Source of the DNA: Ostreococcus lucimarinus
Lineage: Eukaryota
DNA length: 64,000 bases
NCBI GenBank assembly: GCA_000092065.1
Contig: CP000600.1
Reading direction: 5' to 3' (one strand)
The notes under the pieces were generated by a model. The model did no database searches, was not told where the DNA came from, and worked only from the letters and a program-made list of their open reading frames with translations. Shown piece by piece: positions 17,468 to 26,574 of this stretch (position 1 is the first letter of the stretch; each line of letters begins with the position of its first letter). The position numbers and the translations under genes were made by a program.

Positions 17468-19720
17468 ATGCCCGACGACGACCTCGCGTCTTCCGTCACC
17501 CAACGCTTCGAGGCGCGCCTGCGCGACGTCTTCCCGTCCACCGCGCTCGCCGACGCCCTCGAAAACGTCCGCGCCATCGCGCTCGACGCCGACGAAGACG
17601 CCGCCGACGGGGATTTCGAGAGCGCTTTTTCAACGCTCGACAGCGCGCTCAAAGCGCTCGCGTCGAGCGATGTTCCCGACTCGCACCTCGACGCGCACGC
17701 GCAACGACTGCGTTTGCGCGCGTTCGTCGCGCGCGGGCGCGCGGCGCTGGCTCTGGGCGACGCGGAGGCGGCGCTCTCGCTGAGCCACGAAGCATTCGGC
17801 GAGAGCGCGTTCGACGGCGGCGACGCGGCGACGACGACGGAAGTCCTTCGCGTGAACGCGATGGCGCACAGCGCGCTCGGGAATCGCGAAGCGAGCGTGT
17901 TGGTGTGCGTGGACGCGCTGGCGCGCGGGTGCGACGTGAGCGATGGGTTTCCGGAGGACGCGGCGACGGACGCGCGGCGGCGAAGAGAGGCGCCGTGCGA
18001 TACGCCGCTCGATCGGTTCGTCATGCTCGTCATGCGCTTGAATCGCACGGATGAGGACAGACAGAGGATCGCGGGGGCGTTGGAGATGCTAGAGCGAGGC
18101 TTCATCGTGGATTCGAGGGATGAGAGTGGGCATAACGTGCTTTGGGGAGCTTTGATGGGAGCCGCGGCCGTCGCCGCGGACGAAGGCGCCGCGGCGGGCG
18201 AGGAAACGGTGGCGGTCTTGCGCATGCTTCTCGAACGAGGCGCTCGAGCGAATCAAAGGTATGATTCCGGCGAAACGCCGTTGCACTTGGCGGCGTCGAG
18301 CGGGGTCTTGGGCGCCGTCGCGGCGGTGTTGGAACACGGAGGCGATCCAAACGCTCGCAACGACGACGGAAGAACGCCGCTGATGCTCGCGTGCGCGCGC
18401 AAATTGGAAGAAAGTGAGCGTCCGCACATCGTTGAAACGCTCGTGAGTTGTGGGACAAACGTTGAAGCTCGTGATTCGAATGGTTTGACGGCGCTGCACA
18501 TCGCGTGCAAGTGCGGCAACGACGTCGTCGTCGAAGCGTTGCTTCGATGCAAAGCTGACTGGCGCGCGCGAACGCCGAAGCTCGGTGAATCAGCGGTGAT
18601 GCTCGCGTACACTCACGCGCGTGCTTCAGGAGTGATTGCGGAGATTTTGAAGTACGTCGAATCTCTCGAGGGCGAAGCCGCGATGGTTGGCGAGACTGAA
18701 TTTTTTCGCGCGACGTCTCCGCTCTTTGCGACGACGACGGCGGCGGTGCGTTGCGTGAAGGAAGACATCGCTCTGGCGAAATGGTGCGAGCGCGAAAAAG
18801 AAATAAGTGCGTGCATCGCTAAAGTGAGTGGTGTTACAACCGGGAGTGTTGATTCGGGCAAAATCATACGCTTTCCCGAAGATGCGTCGTGGAGTCCCGA
18901 GGCACGACAAGAAGTCACCGCGCTTTATTTCCGGGCGTGCGACTTTGAACTCGACGACGACGATGACAAATCAAACGTCGCCGTTTCGCTGTATCGCAAG
19001 TACGGGGACGTTCTGTCCGCGTTCATTCGATTCAATCACGCCAATTTCCCCATGTCACTCGGCGAGTCGTACGCCGACGGAGGGGAAACCTTGCCCATCG
19101 ATTTCGTTGCTCGAGCGCTTTACGCCTCGAAACAAGCGAGCGGCTCGTCGACCTGCGTCGGCGTATCCTCGAGTCTGACGCCCACCAAACTACATTCACC
19201 GGTGTACGTCGCGTTCATGACCGTCATGTCGCTCAGCGTCGATCGCACGTTTCACTACGCCCCGTTCATCACCGACAACGCGAAGGCTTGGTTGATGGCT
19301 GAATCAGCGTTTATTTGCGTGAGTCGAGGCGGCGCGTACACCGCGGCGCGATTGCGAGACGCACTGAACGTCCCAACGACGGTCATATTGCTCAGGTCTG
19401 ACGACGACGCAACGCCGGCGTGTTTTGTGGAAGACGCGACGGTGATCGAGCAATCGAAGTTTCGCGAGACGCGACTCGATTCGCACTCTCACGCGACGTT
19501 GCTCGTCGAACTCGTCCCGGGCGACACCGAGTTGCTCGAACTCGCCATTGACAGCTATGGCGGGACCACCCTCACGCTCGTAAACGCGCGCAGTGACGAC
19601 GCCGAGTGTGGGGCCGTCGCGCGCGCGCGCGGTTTCAAAGAAGACGCTCGCAAACGCGCGCCTTCGTTCGTCGCCTCTGGCCGTCCGTTCGCGTTCTCGC
19701 GATGGACCAAATCTCCGTAG
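17468..19720 (+). CDS. Ankyrin-repeat protein with an N-terminal TPR-like/helical region and a conserved C-terminal domain of unknown function.
   Basis: First ATG after the Vps53 stop (MPDDDLASSV...). Clear ankyrin repeats appear at GETPLHLAASSGVLGAVAAVLEHGGDPNARNDDGRTPLMLACA... and NGLTALHIACKCGNDVVVEALL. The upstream part of the 943-aa track ORF overlaps Vps53 and is rejected. Confidence 0.6.
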   Translation: MPDDDLASSVTQRFEARLRDVFPSTALADALENVRAIALDADEDAADGDFESAFSTLDSALKALASSDVPDSHLDAHAQRLRLRAFVARGRAALALGDAEAALSLSHEAFGESAFDGGDAATTTEVLRVNAMAHSALGNREASVLVCVDALARGCDVSDGFPEDAATDARRRREAPCDTPLDRFVMLVMRLNRTDEDRQRIAGALEMLERGFIVDSRDESGHNVLWGALMGAAAVAADEGAAAGEETVAVLRMLLERGARANQRYDSGETPLHLAASSGVLGAVAAVLEHGGDPNARNDDGRTPLMLACARKLEESERPHIVETLVSCGTNVEARDSNGLTALHIACKCGNDVVVEALLRCKADWRARTPKLGESAVMLAYTHARASGVIAEILKYVESLEGEAAMVGETEFFRATSPLFATTTAAVRCVKEDIALAKWCEREKEISACIAKVSGVTTGSVDSGKIIRFPEDASWSPEARQEVTALYFRACDFELDDDDDKSNVAVSLYRKYGDVLSAFIRFNHANFPMSLGESYADGGETLPIDFVARALYASKQASGSSTCVGVSSSLTPTKLHSPVYVAFMTVMSLSVDRTFHYAPFITDNAKAWLMAESAFICVSRGGAYTAARLRDALNVPTTVILLRSDDDATPACFVEDATVIEQSKFRETRLDSHSHATLLVELVPGDTELLELAIDSYGGTTLTLVNARSDDAECGAVARARGFKEDARKRAPSFVASGRPFAFSRWTKSP

Positions 19721-19762
19721 CCCCCGTAGCCCCCGTAGCCCCCGTAGCCCCCGTAGCCCGGT
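19715..19762. repeat. Microsatellite (CCCCCGTAG)n, about 5 units, immediately 3' of the ankyrin gene stop codon.
   Basis: Direct reading: gtagcccccgtagcccccgtagcccccgtagcccccgtagcccgg. It creates a spurious minus-strand [12 protein letters not shown]. Confidence 0.9.
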
Positions 19763-19777
19763 AGTCCTAGCGGCGCG

Positions 19778-20320
19778 CTACACCCCAGGTTCATCGCAGC
19801 ACACCATGATGACGTCCGCGTCCACGGCGTCGCTCATCGCCGCCGGCACCGTCCTTCGCCGCATCGTGAAATCGTCGTCCCCGCTCGAGTACTCGTAAAT
19901 CGCCCCCTGCGCGTACTTCACCGCCAGCCCCACCATCGCGCGTCGCCCGTCGTCCGCGTCCTCCAAATCAAACCCCACGACGTACCCATCCTCTCGCCAT
20001 CCCTCCGAGAACCCGTACGACGCCCATCGTCGCCGCGCGTTCGCCGCCGCGAGCGCCGTCAGGTCCGCCTCCAGCCTCGCGTTCGCGCGCGCGTTCGCCT
20101 CCGCCGACGCGATCGCCCCCATCGGGTTGTGCGCCGTGATCGCGAACAGCGCGTGCGTCCGCACGATCGCCGGCACCGCCCGCGCGCCGTCGTCGTCGTC
20201 GTCGCGCGCGCGCGGCTTGAAAAACGTCGTGCTTCCGCGCGGCGTTCCCGGGACGTCGATCCACGCGTCGAACGAGCGCGCCCACAGCGCGCTAAGCGCG
20301 CCCTCGCGGTCGGTCGCCAT
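19778..20320 (-). CDS. DUF3293-family protein (a family otherwise mostly bacterial). The start is either the ATG at about 20320 or the upstream ATG at about 20374.
   Basis: [32 protein letters not shown]...[42 protein letters not shown] matches the DUF3293 pattern (ITAxNPxS..EN..R...L...G...G.GxDGxW.EPSxLVLGI...A..LGRxFGQNAIV). The R-rich region upstream in the ORF is ignored. Confidence 0.45.
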   Translation of the reverse strand: MATDREGALSALWARSFDAWIDVPGTPRGSTTFFKPRARDDDDDGARAVPAIVRTHALFAITAHNPMGAIASAEANARANARLEADLTALAAANARRRWASYGFSEGWREDGYVVGFDLEDADDGRRAMVGLAVKYAQGAIYEYSSGDDDFTMRRRTVPAAMSDAVDADVIMVCCDEPGV

Positions 20321-20509
20321 CGTCCGCGTCGACGCGCGACGCGGCGCGCGACACGGCGCGCGCGCGAGTCGCATCGTGCGGCGCGCGCGAACGCGAACGC
20401 GAACGCGCATCCAATCGATCGCCGCGTCGTCACACGCCGACGCGTCTACCGTCGCGGAGACCGCGGTCGCCGGCGCAGCGCCTCGCAACGCATCGCTCGA
20501 CGCCTCGCG

Positions 20510-22009
20510 ATGCCGCCGAAGAAGAAGCAGGACGCCGCGCCCGCGGAGGAGGAGGAGGAGGAGCTCTTGGATTACGACGACGTCGCGGACGCGGCGGAGA
20601 CCGCGGTCGCGCCGACGGACGACGGCGCGACGGACGGCAAGGACGCGGCGAAGAAGGGTTACGTCGGCATTCACAGCACCGGGTTTCGGGACTTTTTGCT
20701 CAAGCCGGAGCTGCTGCGGGCGATCGTGGATTGCGGATTCGAGCATCCGAGCGAAGGTGAGATCTCGGTTAAATTAATGGAATTAGAGCGCGCGAGAGTC
20801 GGCGAATCGCGCGCGAATCGGCGCGAATCGGCGACGAGGACGGCTCGCGGTGGGGCGAGGGCGCGAAGCGATCCCGAAGCGCGCGCGAGCGAACGTCGAG
20901 CGCGAGGACTGACTGCGAATTAACGTACGCGATTGGCAGTGCAACACGAATGCATTCCGCAAGCCATTCTCGGCATGGACGTGCTGTGCCAGGCGAAGTC
21001 TGGGATGGGGAAGACGGCCGTGTTCGTCATCACGGTTTTGCAGCAGCTCGATCCGGTGCCGGGCGAGGTCGGCGCGGTGGTGATGTGCCACACGCGCGAG
21101 CTGGCGTACCAAATTTCGCACGAGTTTGAGCGCTTTTCTACGTTTTTGGGCGACGTGACGACGGCGGTCGTTTTCGGCGGCATCCCCATCGCCCAGCAAA
21201 AGGAGCAACTTAAGTTGCAGCCTCCGAACATCGTCGTCGCGACGCCGGGTCGTTTGAAGGCGCTCGCGCAGGACGGTACCTTGAACCTCAAGAAGTGCGC
21301 GCACTTTGTGCTCGACGAGTGCGACAAGATGTTGGAAGCCGTCGACATGCGCGCCGACGTGCAGGAGATTTTCAAGATGACTCCCCACGACAAGCAGGTG
21401 ATGATGTTCACCGCGACGCTCTCCAAGGAGCTCCGCGCGCTGTGCAAGAAGTTTATGAACGATCCGATGGAGATTTTTGTCGACGACGAAACCAAACTCA
21501 CGCTGCACGGTTTGGTGCAGCACTACGTCAAGCTGGAAGAGGCGGAGAAGAACCGCAAGTTGAACGATTTGTTGGACTCTCTCATGTTCAATCAAGTCGT
21601 CATCTTCGTTTCCAGCGTGCAACGTTGCAAGGCTTTGGACAAGCTCTTGCAAGAGTGCAACTTTCCATCCATCGCCATTCACGGTTCGATGGGCCAAGAA
21701 GAGCGTTTAGCGCGCTACAAGTCGTTCAAAGATGGTGACAAGCGTATTCTTGTCGCCACCGATCTCGTCGCGCGCGGTATCGATATCGAGCGCGTGAACA
21801 TCGTCATCAACTACGACATGCCGTCCAGCGCGGATACGTATTTGCACCGCGTCGGTCGCGCCGGTCGCTTCGGCACCAAGGGTCTCGCCGTCACGTTCGT
21901 CGCCTCGTCCGAAGACACCGAGGTCTTAAGCTCTGTACACGAGCGCTTCGAAGTCGAGATCAAGGAGTTACCGGACGAGATCGATCAATCGACGTACATG
22001 CCGAGCTAA
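20510..22009 (+). CDS. UAP56: DEAD-box RNA helicase UAP56/Sub2 (DDX39B), two exons: exon 1 20510-20756, a phase-1 intron 20757-20939 (GTGAGA...CAG), and exon 2 20940-22009.
   Basis: Exon 1 encodes [24 protein letters not shown]...[33 protein letters not shown]. Exon 2 continues [30 protein letters not shown]...DECD...SAT...[13 protein letters not shown]...[14 protein letters not shown]. This is more than 70% identical to human DDX39B over the full length. Confidence 0.92.
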
Positions 22010-22246
22010 TACGCGACGCGAATCTCGTCGTCTCGAAGACGCTCGGCCCGAGCCGCCCTCGCCTTCGAGACGCCTCTCGTACGGCGCGTTGAAACAAAAA
22101 CAAAACAACTTACAGAAATTACAGAAAACTTTCACACCCGCGCGCGTTTGATCGATCCCCGCGCCCGCGCGAAGCAGTCGCCGATTCGCTTCGCCTCCGC
22201 TCCGTCTCAACACCCTGCGCCCTGCGCCACAGATCGCCTCGCCGCG

Positions 22247-23752
22247 ATGGCGCCCATCGACGCGCGCGACGCGCGCGACGACGTCGCCGCGCCGCACTCG
22301 ATCATTCGAAGAGTGCTCGCCGCCGCGTCGTCTCCCGCATCGCGCGCGCGCGACGACGAACGCGCGTCGTTTTCGACGTCGCGCCAACACCTAGGACTCG
22401 GCTACGGCGCTGAAGACGACGCGGACGACGGGGGAAGCGACGTCGACGGGTTCCACGACGCGAGCGACGTCGTGATGTTCGCGTCCGACGCGAGCGACGC
22501 CGAGCGCGGGTCCGGGACGGCGATGACGACGCGGGAACGCACGACGACGCGGGCGCGCGGGCCGAGCCGAGCGCTCAGAGCGGGCGCGGGCGCGGCGGTG
22601 GGATCAGTGCTCGTTCTCGCCGCGATCGTCGGCTCGCGCCCGCGAGGAACGACGAGTGAGGTTGCGCTTTCGGTGGCGGACGAGGCCGACGCGCGCGAGG
22701 GATGGGAGCGAAGCGACGCGAGCTCGAGGGCGTCGGCGCCGGGCGGTTGGCGTTTGCCTGCGAATTACGTGCGTTCAGAAGCCTGGCGCACGAGCGAGTA
22801 CGCGTCGTTAGAGACTCAAAGGGACTATGTCATGTCTTCGCTCGGACGGTTTTTCGGGTTGAGCGGGCGTTTAGGCTCGGATTCCGCGTCTTGGAATCCG
22901 ACGACTGTGATTCTGGCAGACGGCGCGACGCTGCCAAAGGATTTCGACGTTCGCGAAAAGTGGCCCAAGTGCGCGGCGCTCGTGAGCGAAGCACTGGATC
23001 AGGGCGAGTGCGGTAGCTGTTGGGCAGTCGCGCCGGCGAAAGTCATGGCCGACCGTTTGTGCATCGCGACGAACGGGGCGGTGGCGTCGCACCTGTCGGC
23101 GATGCAGTTGTTGTCGTGCGGCAAGCTCGAAAACGGAACCTTCGACGCGGGTTCGACTTACAGTGGTAGCTGTGACGGTGGATTCCCGAACGAAGCCTAC
23201 GAAAAGGCTCGAACGAGCGGTATCGTCTCGGGTGGTTTGTTCGGTGACGACAAGACGTGCATGCCATACGCGTTCGCGCCGTGCCAACATCCATGCAACC
23301 CGAACCACGTCGCGCAATGCCCGACGACGTGTCGAAATAAGAACGTGAATTTGAGCTCTCAGCGCTACGAGGTTACTTCGCTCGTGACGTGCGGCACGAA
23401 TGATTTCAATTGTATGGCGCTCGAATTGTTCTACCACGGTCCGGTGTCTTCGTACGTCGGGGACGTATTCGACGAATTTTACAAGTATAAATCGGGCGTG
23501 TACTCGCTGTCAAAGGACGTCGCCGCGCGAGGGGAAAACCACGGCGGGCACGTCATGGAGGTTATCGGCTGGGGAACGACGGAGAGCGGCACGCGGTATT
23601 GGAAAGTGTACAACTCGTGGTTGAATTGGGGTGATCAAGGGTACGGAAAAATCGCGGTCGGCGAATTAAGCATTGGCGAATCCATCGAAGCGGTGAGGAT
23701 GTCCACGACGTCGGGCGCGGCGGCGACGACGAGCGAAACGCGGAGTAGTTAG
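22247..23752 (+). CDS. Cathepsin B-like papain-family (C1) cysteine protease with a long N-terminal extension and a hydrophobic anchor/signal.
   Basis: The active-site Cys is in ECGSCWAVAPAKVMADRLCIATNG. There is an occluding-loop-like Cys-rich segment. The active-site His is in NHGGHVMEVIGWG and the Asn/Trp in YWKVYNSWLNWGDQGYGKIAVG. A hydrophobic segment, AAVGSVLVLAAIVG, lies about 140 aa upstream of the protease domain. Confidence 0.8.
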   Translation: MAPIDARDARDDVAAPHSIIRRVLAAASSPASRARDDERASFSTSRQHLGLGYGAEDDADDGGSDVDGFHDASDVVMFASDASDAERGSGTAMTTRERTTTRARGPSRALRAGAGAAVGSVLVLAAIVGSRPRGTTSEVALSVADEADAREGWERSDASSRASAPGGWRLPANYVRSEAWRTSEYASLETQRDYVMSSLGRFFGLSGRLGSDSASWNPTTVILADGATLPKDFDVREKWPKCAALVSEALDQGECGSCWAVAPAKVMADRLCIATNGAVASHLSAMQLLSCGKLENGTFDAGSTYSGSCDGGFPNEAYEKARTSGIVSGGLFGDDKTCMPYAFAPCQHPCNPNHVAQCPTTCRNKNVNLSSQRYEVTSLVTCGTNDFNCMALELFYHGPVSSYVGDVFDEFYKYKSGVYSLSKDVAARGENHGGHVMEVIGWGTTESGTRYWKVYNSWLNWGDQGYGKIAVGELSIGESIEAVRMSTTSGAAATTSETRSS

Positions 23753-23820
23753 CAGCATGTAACACTACTAGTACAGTAAAAGAATGACACTACGTAATGG
23801 TAGGCGCACCACGAAACCAA

Positions 23821-25131
23821 TTAAACCAAGAAGACGGTGTCCTTCAACTTTTGGACCTTGACGGAGAAGTTTTCCGCGTTGTTCAGTCGTTCCATCAAGA
23901 CGTGGCCCATGCACGCGCTCGGCGTGAAGCAACCACCGCTTCCCTCTTTCGCGAAATCCAAACGCGCGCGCTCTTCGGGAATGGCCAGGCAAAGCGCGGC
24001 TTCGCACGCGAGCGCCGCGGTGCCTTTATAACCCGGATCAGCCTTGATGAACTCGAACTCGCAGCAATACGAATCGACCGCCTCGCCCTTTGCGTCTCTA
24101 CCGTTCGCCACGACGTAGACGTGCGAAAATCCGTTCTCGCGCGTATCTTCGCTCGGACCTTCGCCTTGTTTCGGGAGTATCGTCTTTCGCATGAGCCAGC
24201 GCAGCGGAGGCACGACGAACGCCGCGCCGAACGCGCCCAACGTCAACGTGCCGAGAATCGCGTTCTTTTTCGACGCGCACAAATCGGATTCGTCGTACCT
24301 AAAGTTCTTCCCATAGCGCTCCGGATTCAGCGCGTACGACCGCGCGACGACTTTCGCGTTTATCCCCGCCATGATGCTCGGCATCGTCCATCGCTTCGTG
24401 TCCTCGTCGAACGCCCACGTCCCCTGCGGCGACGGCCATCGCTTCGCCGCTTCGACGTCCGGTTTATCCGCCCACCCCCCCGCGCACTTCGCGAAGAAAT
24501 GCGGATCCCCCATCCCGCGCGTCTCGCTCTTCGGCTTCGCCACGACGTTCGCCGCGCTCGCGATCGTCCCTCCCGACACGCCTCCCCTCGATCGTCCCGC
24601 GTGTCCTCTCGCGACGTCGATCTCCGCCGCGCCGCCGCGCTTCATCGTCGCCTCGCTCGCCAACGCCGTTCCCAGATCCCACGGCACGCTATCGTACCCC
24701 ACGCACGACACCAGCGCGCACCCCCTCGCCTTCGCCCTCTCGTGACACGTCTCCACCACGTCCCTGACGAACTGCGGCTCCCCCGTGATGTCGCAGTAAT
24801 CCGTCCCCGCGTCCGCGCAGCTCGCCGCGAGCGCGCGCGCCGCGTCCGCGTCGTACGGCCCCGCGAACGTCAGCACCGTCCGCGCGCGCCGCACCATCGC
24901 CTCGCGACTCGCCGCGTCGCGCGCGACGACGGTCGGGAACGTCACCCCGCGCGCATCGCGCGTCGCGTCCGCGCGCGCGCGTATTTTCGCCGCGTCGCGT
25001 CCCGCGATGGCGATCGACAGGTGCGGGTACTTGCGCGCGAGGTAATCCACCGCGAGCGCGCCCGTGAACCCGTTGGCGCCGTAGACGATCAGGTCGAACT
25101 CGCGCGTCGCGCGCGCCGCGACCGTCGCCAT
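23821..25131 (-). CDS. SCCPDH: Saccharopine dehydrogenase-like oxidoreductase (SCCPDH family).
   Basis: ATG at 25131 (MATVAARATREFDLIVYGANGFTGALAVDYLARKYP), matching the human SCCPDH N-terminus (FHLVVFGASGFTGQFV). Further matches: DYCDITGEPQF, SCVGYDSVPWDLG and the C-terminal GGCFTPSACMGHVLMERLNNAENFSV. The roughly 340 R-rich residues upstream in the track ORF are rejected. Confidence 0.8.
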   Translation of the reverse strand: MATVAARATREFDLIVYGANGFTGALAVDYLARKYPHLSIAIAGRDAAKIRARADATRDARGVTFPTVVARDAASREAMVRRARTVLTFAGPYDADAARALAASCADAGTDYCDITGEPQFVRDVVETCHERAKARGCALVSCVGYDSVPWDLGTALASEATMKRGGAAEIDVARGHAGRSRGGVSGGTIASAANVVAKPKSETRGMGDPHFFAKCAGGWADKPDVEAAKRWPSPQGTWAFDEDTKRWTMPSIMAGINAKVVARSYALNPERYGKNFRYDESDLCASKKNAILGTLTLGAFGAAFVVPPLRWLMRKTILPKQGEGPSEDTRENGFSHVYVVANGRDAKGEAVDSYCCEFEFIKADPGYKGTAALACEAALCLAIPEERARLDFAKEGSGGCFTPSACMGHVLMERLNNAENFSVKVQKLKDTVFLV

Positions 25132-25228
25132 CGAACGCGCCCGCGCGCGCGTCGTCGCGCGTCGATGAGTGCCGACGACGACGCACGCGCGGCGTCGCGC
25201 GACATCGCGACGCCGTCGTCGACGCGCG

Positions 25229-26533
25229 ATGGCGTCGAGCTTCGTGCGGCGCGGGCGCAGGTACAGGGACGCGCCCGCGTCGCGCGCGCGCGCGCCCGCG
25301 TCGAATGGCGACGGCGACGACGCGAATCGCGACGGCGACGACGCGAATCGCGACGAAAGGCGCGCGCGCGCGTCGAATCGCGACGGCGACGACGCGAATC
25401 GCGAGGGCGACGACGCGAATCGCGACGGCGCGGGCGTCGCGGGCGCGCGCGCGGGGCCGCACGGGCGCGCGCTCGTCTCGAGCGGGCACGGCGACGCGGA
25501 CGCGCTGCTGGGCGGCGGCCACGCGCTCGGGTCGCTCGCGGCGTGCGCGAGCGACGGCGCGAGCGCGCACGCGGAGGCGCTGTTCGGCGCGTGCTTCGTC
25601 GCGGAGGGCGCGGCGACGGCGCGGCATCGAACGTGCTGGGTGCGCGCGGGACGGGAGGGGCGGGCGGAGGCGACGCGGACGCTGCCGAGACGCGTCGTCG
25701 AGCGAGAGGGGGAGAGCGCGACGACGACGGACGATCGGGCGAGCGAGGCGAGCGAGGCGAGCGATGGGTTGCGAATCGCGTGGCAGTATCGACGATACCT
25801 GAGAGAGGGAAGGAACTTGGACGATTCCGGCGTCGGCGCGGCGCGCGCGACGACGACGGCGAGGACGACGAAGAAACGGAATTTGCGCGCGCCGGACGTG
25901 TGCCAGACGTACGATTGGACGAGGGAGGAGGATGAGGCGACGCTGCGGGACGCGGACGTTTCGTTCGAACGCTTCGGCGGCGATGAGGGCGACGGCGAGG
26001 GCGAGACGGACGCGTGGGCGCGATGTTTTGAGTTCGTGGAGACGTTCGTGCGCGGGTTGAGGGATGAGGAGGTCGGGCGCGTGTTGGTGCAGCCGGAGAC
26101 GCCGCGAGACGAAGGCGAGTGGGCCGCGTGCGCGAGGCTCGCGCGCGCGCTCAAGGGGTTGGTGCGCGAAACGAACGTCGCGTGCGTGATGATTCTTCCT
26201 CTCGCGCTCGCGCCGGCGCGATGGGGCGCGATGATTCGTCACGTCGCGGATTGCGCGATCGACGTGCAGCCGCTCGAAGGTCCGACGAGTGAGATCGAGT
26301 CGCTGTTACCCGAGCCGCACCTGTGCGTCGGGCTCGTCGCCGTTCGCAAACTTCAATTTCAAGGCGGCGTGGTGTCGCCGTTGACGCGCATGGATCGCGT
26401 GTATGCGTTACAGATGCGGAGAAAGCGCATGGCGATCAAACCGCTGCAGATTCGTCCGGAGGAGGAAAGGAAAAAGAGTGGCGGCGAGTCGGCGTGCGGC
26501 GCCGTCGAAGGCGTCGGTCTGGACGACTTTTAG
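25229..26533 (+). CDS. ELP4: Elongator complex protein 4 (ELP4/PAXNEB-like, RecA-fold).
   Basis: MASSFVRRGRR...GRALVSSGHGDADALLGGGHALGSLAA, IAWQYRRYL, GLVAVRKLQFQ and the terminus KKSGGESACGAVEGVGLDDF are collinear with human ELP4 (TSFQRRGPRA...[27 protein letters not shown]...IAWRYQ...GKKHLDF). The start is 98 bp from the divergent SCCPDH start. Confidence 0.7.
   Translation: MASSFVRRGRRYRDAPASRARAPASNGDGDDANRDGDDANRDERRARASNRDGDDANREGDDANRDGAGVAGARAGPHGRALVSSGHGDADALLGGGHALGSLAACASDGASAHAEALFGACFVAEGAATARHRTCWVRAGREGRAEATRTLPRRVVEREGESATTTDDRASEASEASDGLRIAWQYRRYLREGRNLDDSGVGAARATTTARTTKKRNLRAPDVCQTYDWTREEDEATLRDADVSFERFGGDEGDGEGETDAWARCFEFVETFVRGLRDEEVGRVLVQPETPRDEGEWAACARLARALKGLVRETNVACVMILPLALAPARWGAMIRHVADCAIDVQPLEGPTSEIESLLPEPHLCVGLVAVRKLQFQGGVVSPLTRMDRVYALQMRRKRMAIKPLQIRPEEERKKSGGESACGAVEGVGLDDF
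25308..25432 (+). repeat. In-frame 21-bp tandem repeat (GACGGCGACGACGCGAATCGC)n, about 5 units, inside the ELP4 N-terminal region. It encodes (DGDDANR)n.
   Basis: Direct reading of 25308-25432. The translation is NGDGDDANRDGDDANRDERRARASNRDGDDANREGDDANRDGAG. Confidence 0.85.
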
Positions 26534-26574
26534 CTCGTAGAATTAGTGTCTGTCATGATGGATCAGTGACATTA

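Noticed and set aside
19555-19794. Minus-strand ORF encoding [15 protein letters not shown].
   Set aside because: Entirely generated by the (CCCCCGTAG)n microsatellite downstream of the ankyrin gene stop. No flanking coding signal.
20129-20923. The 264-aa plus-strand ORF spanning the UAP56 5' region.
   Set aside because: It is UAP56 exon 1 read through the intron into non-coding sequence (…[19 protein letters not shown]…). The homology stops exactly at the GTGAGA donor.
23797-26242. Long R-rich ORFs on both strands: 23797-25935 (+, 712 aa), 24689-26242 (-, 517 aa), and the upstream part of 23821-26154 (-).
   Set aside because: The compositions are about 30% Arg/Ala with no domain signal. 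They overlap the SCCPDH and ELP4 genes, which are supported by collinear homology. Classic GC-bias ghost ORFs.
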